Source: Paraspadella gotoi
Lineage: Eukaryota > Animalia > Chaetognatha
Assembly (NCBI GenBank): GCA_051294375.1
Contig: CM119263.1
Span: forward strand, 26,679,130-26,743,129
Length of the DNA: 64,000 nt
Direction of reading: 5' to 3'
Positions 27,079 through 39,762 of the stretch are shown in pieces; position 1 is the first letter of the stretch; every line of letters begins with the position of its first letter. The position numbers were made by a program, and so were the translations under genes. Under the pieces are notes generated by a model that worked only from the letters and a program-made list of their open reading frames with translations, was not told the DNA's origin and searched no databases.

Positions 27079-28780
27079 AGGAGAGACACACTACCCTTCC
27101 ACCTCCCCCTCACTCGACCCTTCCACGCCCGCCCACCGGCGAATCCCGATTCACGTCACGTTGTTTCGTGACGTCACGCGCCGCGGAGCCGTTCGACTTC
27201 GCCGCAGCGCGTCGTTAGTTTGCGTCTCGTCGCGGCGGCGGCGGCAGCGGGGGCGGCATCAGCGGCAGCGGCAGCGGCAGCGGCGCTGTTTTTTCTTTTA
27301 TTTCCTCACAAGTTGTTTTTCCTTATGTTGCTTGGGAAAGTTATCACCGCTCCCGTTGCGATAGCTCTTGTGATATGCAACATTGGTATTCTGGGTTTAG
27401 CAATAAAGCAGCGGTAAACCACGTGAAATGTCCTGCGGCGGGGGGCAATGACCCGTCAATTGAACTTTTTTTACGGTGAGACACAACTTTTTTTTTTTAT
27501 TCTTAATACTAACTGCGTCATGATTGCACAAACTCTCCTCAAGAAATTCCTTAAAATTCCTTGAAAATTCTCAAAACTTTGTCACCGAGTTTTTTTTTTT
27601 CCTTTCCACTCTATGGAATTTCTTTCGTCTTCCTTCTCTGCAATGGCGCAGTCGACTTCGGCGTTTTCTGGTGGCAGCGGCGACGGACGATTTTTTTTTG
27701 TCCTGCGGCGACTTAATATTTTTTTTTTTACTTCTCCTCAGGTCACGAAATCGAAGAGGATTTTCGGAGAATTATTTGTTGTTGTTATTGCAAAGGACCA
27801 GGAGGCGTAGGTAGTTGAAGAGAGAGAGAGAGAGAGAGGGTTGGGGATCGGGAAGGTAGAGTAGGGAGAGAGTAGGGGCTTTAGGGTAAGTTAAACGGTG
27901 GATGTGGTTGTGCATGTACTAAGTAAGGATCTGGAGCTGAACGGGGATTTGTGTGTTATGGGTTGATTGGAATTGTTTTTTTGTCGTTGGTTCGTTGGAT
28001 TAGTTGAATTAGAGTTTCTTGGTCAACAAAGTAGTATTAATCTCCTCCTACTTTTTATCTACGTACTCGTCCTCCTCCTCCTCCTCCTCCCTTTTTCTTC
28101 GTTCTTTGTTTCCCCAATTGTCCTGCGACAATTATCGTCACTTTGGGTAATAAATGAGACGGAAAAAAATGAGAAGAGAAAAGAAACGAAACCAAAGAGA
28201 GAAAAAAAAAAGAACAACGATAATAGAGAGAAAAGTCGAAAGAAAAAAAAATCGAAACCTCCGAAGGCCTTCGAAGGCTGACGTTGTCAAAAAATAGTTT
28301 ACATGTTTAGTTATAAACGAAAGATTAATGTTTAAAAATTGAAAGGGAGATGATTACTAACGACATCTGCGATGAAAAGAAGAGAGAAAATCATCTGGAC
28401 GAACGAAGCGATAATGAAGAAGGAAATCTGTCGAGTTTTCTTTTTTTTTTTTTTTTTTTTGAGTCTAAAGTAATTTAAACTTGAAAGATTTTAAATAAAG
28501 ACGAATAAAAGAAAATAAAGAATGAGAACCAAAAAAAAAAGCACAATTGGAATAATTCAAGTCGATGAAAATCCTAGAATTCTTATAAACAAATAAAAAT
28601 AATCGGAATTTTTTAGAAAGAAAATAGTATGTCACTAAAAATATTTTCTCACGTTTTTCCCATAATAAATTAGATTCCGAGAATAAATGGTTGTAATTCT
28701 GGGGTAAAATCTACCTTCCCTCCACCCTTTCTTCTCTCTCTCTCTCTCTCTCTCTCGTCTCTCTCTCTCTCTCTCTCTCG

Positions 28781-28860
<80 letters not shown>

Positions 28861-29223
28861 TTTTTTTTTATGATGACAGCCTCATCGACGGAAGGTAGAG
28901 AATCTGCAAGTTTTCTCTTGATGCGTAACAAAAGACTTCTTGCACTTTTTTCCTCTGACGTCATGAGCAGCCTTCAAATCAACGTTATCTTCACTGTTTC
29001 TTGTTCTTAGTCATTCTAGTCGTCGTTGTCGTCGTCGTCGCATTCGTCGTCGTCTTTCAATTCTTTTCACCCTTGCCTCATCATCGTTCTTGAGACTTTT
29101 CCATTCTTCTTCTGTACTTCATTGCACCGAAAAGGGTTTTTTTTTCCTTCATTTTTTCCGTCTTTTTTCTTTTGCTCCTTTTAGGGCCTTTTTTTGCCTC
29201 TTTTGCTTTTTTTGCCTTTTTTA

Positions 29224-29331
29224 TGACTCTGGCGCCACATTTGGTGGAATCGTTGACGGCGCCAGTTTAATAGGAGCCGTTGGCGTCTGGAATTTTGGTG
29301 GAGCCTCAAGCGGAGTCACTTTTGATGGAGT
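29224..29331. repeat. Degenerate 27-bp tandem repeat x4
   Basis: Units start at 29224, 29251, 29278 and 29305. The minus strand reads TPSKVTPLE/APPKFQTPT/APIKLAPST/IPPNVAPES-stop. Confidence 0.6.
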
Positions 29332-30589
29332 GTTTTGGTTGTCAACTTTTGAAAGAGCTGTGTGAAAACCACTTTTAGTATTTACATGCACCAGTATTTG
29401 GCTCGTGGAACTTTTAATGGATATTTAGTACAAACGTATTTTTTTTGTTTGTTCAAAATCTCATGAATAATTTTTGTCAATGTTTCACTATTAGATTTTA
29501 AATCATTCATTGTCGACAGCCAAACGTATTATTACTAAAAACTCAACGAAACGTTACTCTTTCGAAATATCTAACACATAATCTTACTATGTATTAACCT
29601 ACAAACCCCGGATGAACCCGGATTATCAAAGAGGCTTTAGTCGCTTCCATCGTATTCTCTGTCGATCGTGCGTCGTCTCTTAGCAACGATCCACGCGTAG
29701 CGAATTCCATTTCCGGCCTTAATTACCTCGGCGCCGATTAAAATATTCATGAAGAGGAAATTGGAATCGAATTTTCTTCGTCGTTAACCTGGTTTCGGCG
29801 ATAAGCGGCCGAGGAGAGATATAGAGAAGGGCTGGACCCGGATATAATAGAATAGTGGAGGTTAGAACCTGGATGTGAGAGGAAACCGACGGGCTAAAAC
29901 TGGATGTAATAGGGTAGAAGCGATTAACGAGGAGTAGCAGTCGCAACCTGGGATAAAAAATTTAAACGAAAGACCCGAAGAAAGTTCCTTGATGAAATAG
30001 CTCAAACTATTATTGAAATCTCCGGAGAAAATGACGCTAAAAATATAATTAAAAAAGGAAAATCGATGACATCTCTCGAATGCAACGTTCTCCCTTTGGT
30101 TGATTTCGATTACGACGACGACGATAACGACGACGATAGCCGTGACGGAGACAGCGACATCGATCGTGGCAGCGACCGTGGCAGCGACCGTGACAACGAC
30201 AACTTCCCTTTTCTTTTTAGCCGCTTCTTTCTTTTTTTTCCACAACTTATCGCCCTCTTCCCCGTCCCACCCCCCCAGCCCCCCCAGCCCCCGCCCGCCT
30301 CCAAAAAAAACAAACAAAACAAACTCAAAAACACGAATTTAGAAAAGAAAGTGAAAAAGGTTGAAAGATTAAAAGGTCGAAAGGATAATCGTTTCAAGCT
30401 TCGTCAGTGTCAACGTTTCTCTTTGTTTTCTTTCTTATCTTTGTTTTCATGTTTTTTTGTTTATATTGTATGTTTATAACTTATGTTTTTTCACATCCTC
30501 GTCAAAAAAAAGTTATGGGGCAAACAACTGACTTCGTACTTGGCCAAATGGAAGCACGTCACCAAACTCCGTGACCAGGGATCTCTCCT

Positions 30590-30683
<94 letters not shown>

Positions 30684-30687
30684 TCTG

Positions 30688-30720
<33 letters not shown>

Positions 30721-31007
30721 CCTCTCTCTCTGCTCTCTCTCACTCTCTGTCTACTCCGGCTCCCTTTTTCTCCTCCGGATGCCGATTTCCGGTCAGAATC
30801 CTCCAAGAAAATGAGATCTACGCCTTGGACTCTTTGTTGTGGTGATTCTCCGCGGGGGTTAAGGGGTGTATGGAGGGGAGAGAGGACCAGGGGGGTCTGG
30901 TGATTCATGATGGATGTGGAAAGGTGACAGAGGAGAAAGGAAACGATGAAGGTCAGGGTGGCTTTTCAGGAGGAGGAAGAAAAAAGATGACCACAAAGCC
31001 TTGAGAT

Positions 31008-31116
<109 letters not shown>

Positions 31117-31985
31117 CACCGTTTTTTTGTTTTCCCCATCATGTTGAGGAATGGATTCCGTTTCACTCGATAAACTTATCCTCGCATCTTTCTCCTTCTC
31201 GCTCAATAAAATTATTATTTTTTATTAGCTTTCATTATTTTCTATTTCTTTACATACATAAATACATACATACAATTTCTTTTCTCCCTCTCTCTCTCTC
31301 TCTATCTCATCGATCATTGGAACTTCTCCGCCAGGTTGCGTCAGTGAGATGAAGCAATGAGACGAGAATTGGACGCCCGACTCCGCAGCCGACACCGACC
31401 GCCGACCGCCGATTGCGAGCTCGAAGCCATAAATATTGACAAGTCGTTCGGACGGACGGAACTGAGTTTTAAGTTTATGGTCCAGCGGTGAAAAAAAGGA
31501 ATTAATAATAATAATTAATAATAAGCCATTTGCTTTTGCCATTCGCTATCGGTCGATTATTGATCGATTGTTGATCTACCTTAAAGACTGAGTAGCAAGT
31601 ATTTTTGACAAGCAACGGTTTTATTCTGTTTATCTTCCCTTATACAATATACAATATACAACCACCCGCGATTCCGTATATTGCATCTTTTTCCGCTTCC
31701 CCTCACGAAATCGCTGAGAAGTGAAATTTGCAAAGCCGAGCAGATGCCGACAGATGCCAACAGATGCGGACCAACTGAACGAAAACGCAACTCTCATTTT
31801 CGTCACGACTCGTAGAATCCGAGCGAATTCGAGTCTACTCTCGGAAATAAGGACAAGGAGATGGAGAGAAGAATGAAGGCATCAATAAATGAATGAAGGG
31901 ATGAATAAATGAATGAATTTAGAAAGTATTGCAACGGATTCACCAATTATGGCAACCGTGGTCTTCCTTGTAAAACCCGACATAG

Positions 31986-32048
31986 TATACTATACTATAC
32001 TATACTATACTATACTATACTATACTATACTATACTATACTATACTAT
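31986..32048. repeat. (TATAC)n microsatellite
   Basis: Read directly. Confidence 0.97.
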
Positions 32049-32543
32049 GATTTGAGCTGTTGACTAACAGCGACCGCCTCATGTCACTGGCTTATTAAAA
32101 ACCAGTCCTGTAAACGTTTTATCCTGAACCGGGATAATCAAGTTTCGAACCCAGAACCCAAAGTTGAGGGAAGAAGATTTAGCTGAGGAGTGACAGCGGT
32201 GAGACGGCTTCTAATATATTACAACACTATTACTGAAAAAATGAATAAATGAAATATTTAAAGAAAAAAAATATATCTGTTATGAGGTCCCATTGACGTA
32301 TAGACACAATCAACGATAAACGAGAAAAACCTCACGCATCCAGATATAACCGTTTCACCAGCNNNNNNNNNNNNNNNNNNNNNNNNNGCAGGCAGGAAAG
32401 AATCGGCCAACTCCGGCTAACATATCATCTCAATTTTACAGCAGGATCTGGCCTGGATTTCTCTCTCTCTCTCTCGTCTCTCTTTCATTCTCTCATCTCA
32501 TCTCTCGTTGCTCTCGTCTCTCTCGTCTCTCTCTTTCTCTCTT

Positions 32544-32593
<50 letters not shown>

Positions 32594-33774
32594 GCATCTT
32601 CAATCTTTTTCGGTCAAAAGAGTATTACAAAAAAATCTCATCATAAATGACCAAGCGGTGGGGTGGGAGCTTTTCCTAGGAAGAATCACAACCGCGATCG
32701 AAAGAAGCGATTCTAGCAGTGGGCTGGTGCATAGAAGGACAGAGAGAGAGCGAGAGAGAGAGAAGTGAAGCAGAGAGGAGAGAGAACGAGAGAGAGAGAG
32801 GAGAGAGAGAGCAGGAGAGCAGAGATAGAAGAAGAGACGTGAACGACATTATTGTGCAAAGGCTGAAGATGAGAAAAGCGAATTTTTCAATCCTGGCCGA
32901 AGTTGAGGCTGTGTTTACGAGGACAGTTCGTCACCAGACCAGTGCGGCCGGCCCCCAGTGGCAGAGAAGAGAGTGAGAGCAGAAAGAGAAAACAAAAGGC
33001 CGGGAGTGCAAGCAGACAAGCAGATAGAAGACAAAGTCCAAGGCGCGAATGGAGGAGAAATAGGAATAATATAGAAGTGGAAAAACCGATAAAAAAGAGT
33101 ATACAAAAACTAAATTGCCAATCAACATGATAAAGGACCGCGACACCGCAGCCCAGATGCCCATTAATTTCGATCTAGATTTTAAACATTTAACATTTAA
33201 ATCATATCCCCTACGCTCTTTCCACAATTCTTTTCTCCTCCTTTTGACGGCTTTTTTTATAGGCTTAAAACCTTACGCCCTTTCCACTTACGGACCTCTC
33301 CTCATTCTCTTTCATCTTTACATCTACTCTCCGTTAGTCGCCCTCGTTTCGACGCCGACCACAACGTCTAAAACAACCCAAAACAAAAAACCAAGACACA
33401 GGACGACGTGTAACATGAGACGAAAACTATTTTGCGCTCGAAATTTAAAATATTAAAAGAAAGAGCAAAAAGAAAAAAATTCTTTTTTTTAGAAAAGAAT
33501 GAAAAAAAAGGATATACGAAAGGAGAAGAATAAGATGAGAAAGTAAAGCCGTGACTGTAAAGGAAGGTGCGTGGAGGCTCAAGAAGTTTCTCTCTTCATT
33601 AAATTTAAGTCTTTTCCTTTTTTTTTTTTTTTTTTTCTCTTCCTTTTTTTGTTGTTTTATTTACTGTCTCTGATTCTCTTACAGTCTTTTGTCTGTTAAT
33701 AGTATTTGGTCCTTCATTATATTTACACGTTCACCAGAATTGTTGTCACTCGCAACTCTATATATTAAGAAAAA

Positions 33775-34829
33775 ACTAGCCACCACGTTTATCTCATATA
33801 TTTAATACTTTACGTCGCTCTCTTGGTTTTCATCTTTTGTTCTTCTCAACCTCTTTTTCTCCTGGATTTTACTCTAACCGATATATCGATTACTTACATC
33901 CCTTATTCTCCTTCGAGAGAGAGTTATAGAATAGGTGGGAAACATTAAATCTCCTAGGCAAAATTGTGCATGGACGCGTGGTGCTTGTTTCTCGGTCGGA
34001 GAGTGTGCCTGTGTGTCCGCGAAGTCGTGTGAAGTCTCGAGGTCTTGTGTCGGCGTTCTCCTGGGATGCTCTCCTTCCTTCCTTTCTTCCTTCGGTTCTT
34101 CTTTCCCCTAGCTTTTTTTAAAAAATGTTGTCAGGGTGAAAAGTAGTAGGTGAGAATGCGACGAAGGGGGAACTCGCGGGTGCCTCGATATTATTTTTAG
34201 TATCATTTTTTAATATTTTCCCTTCTACATTTCTTTCTTTTTCCCTCTTTCTTTCCCTTTTTTTTCCCCGTCTCCTCATGGCATTTTCGATATTTTTTTT
34301 TTTCCATTATCCCCTCTCTTTATTTTAAAAAAAACCCCACGTTTATCTTCATATTTATTTTATCCTTTTGTTTTCATTTTTTTCTCTCAACCTTTTTTTT
34401 CTTTTACCTCAACCGAAATCTTTCTTCATCCCTATTTCCCTTCGGGATTACGATAGGTGGAAACAAAATTCTAGGCAAAATTGTCTGGACGCGTGGCTGT
34501 TTCTCGGTCGGGGGTCCTGTGGTCCCGAAGTCTTGAAGTCTCGAGGTCTTGGGTTCGGCTCCTTCCTTCCTTCCTTCCTTCCTTCCTTTCTTCCTTCCTT
34601 CGTTCCTTCCTTCGTTCCTTCCTTTCTAGCTTTTTTAAAAAATGTTGTCAGGTGAAAAGTAGAGGTGAGAATCGACGAGAGGGGACGACCTCGATATTTT
34701 TAGTTACATTTTTATTTTCTCTACATTTCTTTCTTTTCTTTCTTTCTTTCTCTCATGCATTTTCCTATTTTTTCCATTATCCTCTCTTTTTTCCCTCTCT
34801 TTTCCCCACTTCCCCACTTCCCCTCTTCC
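33775..34829 (+). repeat. ~550-bp direct tandem duplication with indel-type divergence
   Basis: CCACGTTTATCT.., CTAGGCAAAATTGT.., GAAGTCTCGAGGTCTTG.. and AAAAATGTTGTCAGG each occur twice in the same order. Confidence 0.85.
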
Positions 34830-34854
34830 NNNNNNNNNNNNNNNNNNNNNNNNN

Positions 34855-35989
34855 ACGCCACAACCGAAGACGAAAAAAGATGACGAAACCGCGCCGTGAA
34901 GAGAGAAAACTTCAAAGCCACGGAGCGTTTGAAAAAATACGGAAAAGAGAGAGGAAAGGAGAAGAGCGAGATAAGCAGAGTATCACTGTGTAAATATTCT
35001 GAAGTCTCCAAAAAAGAAAAAAAAAAAAGAAAAAGAGAACAGAAGAGAACGCACAGAGGAAAGAAAAAAGAAGAAAAAAGAGAGAGAAGAAGGAAAGAGA
35101 GAAGAAGACGAAAAAAAAAAAAAGTAAGAAATACAACATAAATAAAAAAAATACTAAAAAAATAAAAATACAAATATAATGAAAATTATGAAAAAAAGCT
35201 AGAAAAAAAAATCACAAAAAAAAAAATTGGAAACTATGGGTACTCAAAAAACCACAGCGACGCGCACCTCAAGTCGTCACCAAAATGCAAACAAAAAAAA
35301 AAAAAAAAAACATATAATTCAAAAAAACACAACAAAAAAAAAAAAAAAAGAAGATAACCTGCAGCCTAAACGCTATATATCCTGAACCACGGCAAGAAAA
35401 TAAAAAAGAAATAAATCCAAATTATCGCACCCAAGAACCCAAAAGTTAATTAGGACATAGTGCGGGAAAAAAGCAAAGGGAAAAAAAAAAAAAAAAAATA
35501 TAAATAAAGAAAAAAAAACATACAGAAAAAAAAAAAAAAAAAAAGGTAGACAACCGAAAAGTGACAGCAAAATGGTGAGACGCTATGTCTCAATACATAT
35601 ATAACTAACTATTCAAAAACTCATTGAACATGAAAAAATTATAGAAACATCAAAAAAATAAACATGAAAAAAAAAATATTTATAAAAATATAAAAATTCG
35701 TAAAACTATAATGCTGTTATGATCCGGGGTCGCAATTTGACGAGCCGCGATTATACGACACAATCAACCGATAAGTGAGCAGGAGGGCGCAAAAAAAAGC
35801 CTTCAGCGCATCCAGATATAAACCGTTGCGTACAAACCACGAGAAGAATGCATAAGAGATAATTCCCGACCTATTTCTGTTCTAAACATATCATCGTTCG
35901 TTCCACGGTGCTTTACGCCAGCCAGGCATCTGCCGCCGATTCTCTCTCTCATCTCTCTTCTCTCTCTCTCTCTCTCTTTCTCTCCTCTC

Positions 35990-36043
<54 letters not shown>

Positions 36044-38125
36044 GTCTTCCTTCGAATCTCTCTCGGTCATTCTCTTGCGCTCTCGCCATGCTTTCAATCT
36101 TTTTGTCACTGGTCAAAACAGTCGATACAAAAAAATCTCAATCTAAAATGCACAGAAGCGACAGGGCGCTGGGCGGCCGGAGCTTGTTCCACTAGAAAAT
36201 CCACGCCGATTCGAAAGAAGTCCAAGGAGGCGCTTCATCCAAGCTACGCGGGCTGGAGGAGCAGGAGAGGATAGAGACGAAAGAGAAGAGGCAGCGGAGG
36301 GAGAAGAGAGAGAGAAGAGGATCGAAGAGGAAGAGAGAGACGAGAGAGAGAAGAGAGGAAGAGATAGAGAGAGGAGAAACGAGATAGAGAAGAAAGGAGC
36401 CAATCATATTGTGCCAAGGGAGGCTGACGAGAGGAGCAAAATAGATGCGCGAAGTTTATTCATCCATGCTGAGTGTGTACGCCTTGTTTACGAACGCTCG
36501 TCTAGCCAGAGGTGAGACGCTGCCGTCCCCAGTGGCGCAGCAGAGAGAGAGAGAAAGAAGAAAAAAAAGAAAACAAGGGAGATGCAAAGACAAGAGAAGC
36601 GATGAAGAAGTCAGAGGCGAGCGAGCAAATATGAAAAGTAAGAAAAGAGTGAAAAACCGCCAAAAGAGTATATCAAAACTATAATGTCACCAAATTCATT
36701 TATAGCGCCCTCACCTTACAACCCCCCCCCCCCCCCCAACGCAAGATCCCATTAAATTTACAGATAGATTTAAACATTTAACATTTAAATCATCCCCTTT
36801 TCCTCCCACCAATTTCTTTTCACTCTCCCTTTTGACCCTTTAGTATTAGCCATTAAAACTTCCTACACCCCTCTACCCCTCTTTCCCACTTACCCTTTCC
36901 TCCTCTCTCTTTCTTTTCACTTTCTAAACTCTCTCCGTCCTTGCGCCCCTCTTTCCGAACGCCGCTTTACGCCACTCAACATAAAACACAAAACAAAAAC
37001 TGCAAGACGTGACATGCCAGACGGCAAATACTATTTTTCCTGCTGTTCGCCAAATTTAAATAAAAGAAGAACAAAAAGCAAAAATTTCTTTTTTTTAGAA
37101 AAGAATTTGAAAAAAGCCCGCAATAAAAAGGCAGAAAGAATAAAGAGAGAAAGTAAAAGCATTCCTCGAGCTGGCAGCCTGACCTAATAGCGAATAGGGT
37201 GGAGGCTTCAAAGGAAGTTGCTTCCTCCTCATTGGATGCATTAAGTCTTTCCTTTTTTTCCTCTTCCTTTTTTTACTTTACATTGTCCCTCTTCCTGATT
37301 CTCTTCAGTCTTTTTATGGCTCTGCTTAAACTATTGTCTCTTTCTCTTTTTCATTTTCACTATCTTTTGTCACCTCGCCCGTCCCGTTTAGTATACTGTA
37401 AAAAAAAAAACCCCAGCGCATTAGCAAAAGGATGCTCACCTTTGTATTTCTTTGCACTATTATTTATCCTTTGTTCTTCATTTTTTTCACTCAACCTTTA
37501 TTTTTCTTTCTACCCTCAACCGATAATCTTCTTCATCGCCTGATTTCCTGCTTCGGTAGGGGATTACGAAAGAATAACGTGATGGCCCAAAATGAACAAA
37601 ATTCCTAGGCAAAATTGCTTTTTCTTTATACGCTTCGCTATGGGTTTCTCACTCGGTCTGGTGTCACCATAACGTAAACGGTCCCGGAGCCCAAAGATCT
37701 TCTAGAAAGTACTCGAGGTCTTTTTGCATTAACGGCTTCCTTCCCTTCCTTAATTAAAAATTCTCACACCTTCCCTGTTGCGACTTTATCTCCTCGTTCC
37801 TTCCTTCTCTGTTCCTTTCCACTTTCTACGCCCACTCTAATTAATTAAAAAATTTCTTGATACAAGTTTGTGCGAGAAGTAGCATGTCTGAGATCGATCG
37901 TTACCTAGACGCGCGGCACGACCTACAGCATAGACAGTACAAATTCGGAATTTCTATTATACCATTTTTATATTTTCACGAGTCTACATTGTCATTATCT
38001 GTTTCAATTCTTTCCTTTACTCAAGTGCCAGATCCGTGAAAGATTTTTCTCCTCAACATGTATCCCGTCTCTTTTTCACCTCTCTTTTCTCAAGCCGCCA
38101 CTTCCCCACTTCCCTTTCCCACTTC
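34855..38125 (+). other. Error-rich second copy of ~31750-34829 (probable uncorrected long-read gap fill)
   Basis: Colinear anchors: CGCATCCAGATATAA 32335 vs 35807; TACAAAAAAATCTCA 32626 vs 36126; TTTAAACATTTAACATTTAAATCAT 33181 vs 36769; CTAGGCAAAATTG 33954/34471 vs 37605. The copy is insertion-rich and begins at a 25-N gap. Confidence 0.85.
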
Positions 38126-38919
38126 TCCCCCCCCCGTCTCCCACCAATCCAATTCTCAAATTGAACCCGAAATCAGAAATTTAAGATACTTTTTTCGAGG
38201 ATGTGCTCAGTTGCGTTCACTGCTCTCTCTTTCTGGTCTGTCTTCTGATTCTCATCTCTCTCTCCTCGTCTCTCTCTTACGTCTCTCATCTTCTACTCTC
38301 CCTGATCTCTCTCTCATCTCTCTCTCTCTCTCTCTTCAACTAATCTTCACTGACTTTTCTTTTTCTTTGTGACGTTTCACTTCACGATCGCCGCCCAATT
38401 TCCTTTCAAATCTCCATTTACATTTACATTTAGATAACCTTCGCTCTCGCTATTTCCAAAGCGATAGAGGGCGTGGTTGTTCCGCGCGTTTTTTCTACAC
38501 TTTTCGGAGTTGCTCTAGAGGCTCTAGTTCAAGGTGAACACCGTTTGTCGGAATTTTCTTTGCTTTTACGTACCAAGCGTTTTGCATTATTCTCTCCCTC
38601 CTGATCTTGATGCGTTAAAGTCAGTTGTTGACCCTACGGTTAAAGAAAATACGAAAACTTGTTTTCCTCATTGTAACCATCATCGTCCTGGTCGTTATCG
38701 TTGACGTTCTCGTCGTTGTCGTTGTCGTCGTCGTTTTCGTCGTCGTCGTCGTCGTTTTCGTCGACGTTTCGTCTCGACGTTTTTTCATCAGACTTGGGAG
38801 TCGATGGAATATTTTATTCCATCAAATCCTGCAAAGCTTTTTCGAATTTACTATAAAGCTTTTTCACTTCTCTCTCATCTCTCTCTTCTCTCTCTCTCTC
38901 TCTCTCTCTCTCATCTCTG

Positions 38920-38965
<46 letters not shown>

Positions 38966-39689
38966 AATCTCTTGCACCGTGGCTACAATTGCTAACATCA
39001 TTGGCTACATTTTACATCTATCGACGCCACAGGGACTTTGCGCTGACGCCCGTGGTGATTAATCCTGATCTACATCTAACGAAGTTTATTTAATTGTTCC
39101 CTCGGTTTTTGACGAAGAGATCTCAGTTTTGACGAGCTTAGATTTCGTTTCGGATCAAAAGTAAGAACCGTCGTTTTTCGTCGACCGTGAATCAATACCC
39201 CCATATTAATTGCGGCAGGTCGGCCGTAACTGGGTATCAAAGGATTGTCAGTTGCAGTTCTGTGTTTTGTCAGAACGGATGTTGAAAAACAAAGACCGTG
39301 TTTAGAAAAAATCGCGGAAGTTTTAATTAATGAATGAGCTGTCACTTGCGCAAAAACTAAGGTTTAAAAATGAAAATAGCGTTTCTAAAGCAATAAATTT
39401 TGGACTTTTATTATACATTTATTATTAACTGCGAGCTTTTTTAAGGATTTTATCCAATCACTTAATTAAATTGTAGTCTCCAATTAATATTCTGCCTTTT
39501 ATCTATTGTCATTTAATGTATCGCTAACTTTTTTTTTTCTATTCTTTTATAAAGCGAATCCATCATTTAATTCTTTTTTCAATTGAACTGCAAAAATGGT
39601 TATTTTTACGTCCCACTTAAAGAACTTCATTAGTATTTTTTTTCATGCTCCCATATTATAACCAATTTTGAAAAGCATTGACAACAGTA

Positions 39690-39762
<73 letters not shown>

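Noticed and set aside
25974-27113. Long ORFs spanning N runs (also 7542-8215, 57230-57793, 60270-60824)
   Set aside because: Open only because the gap bases are undefined.
38765-38791. Minus-strand CTGATGA...GAAAC hammerhead-like motif (also 58915-58931)
   Set aside because: Stem II is malformed or absent and the flanking stems are missing; the 38765 case lies in (GTC)n low-complexity sequence.
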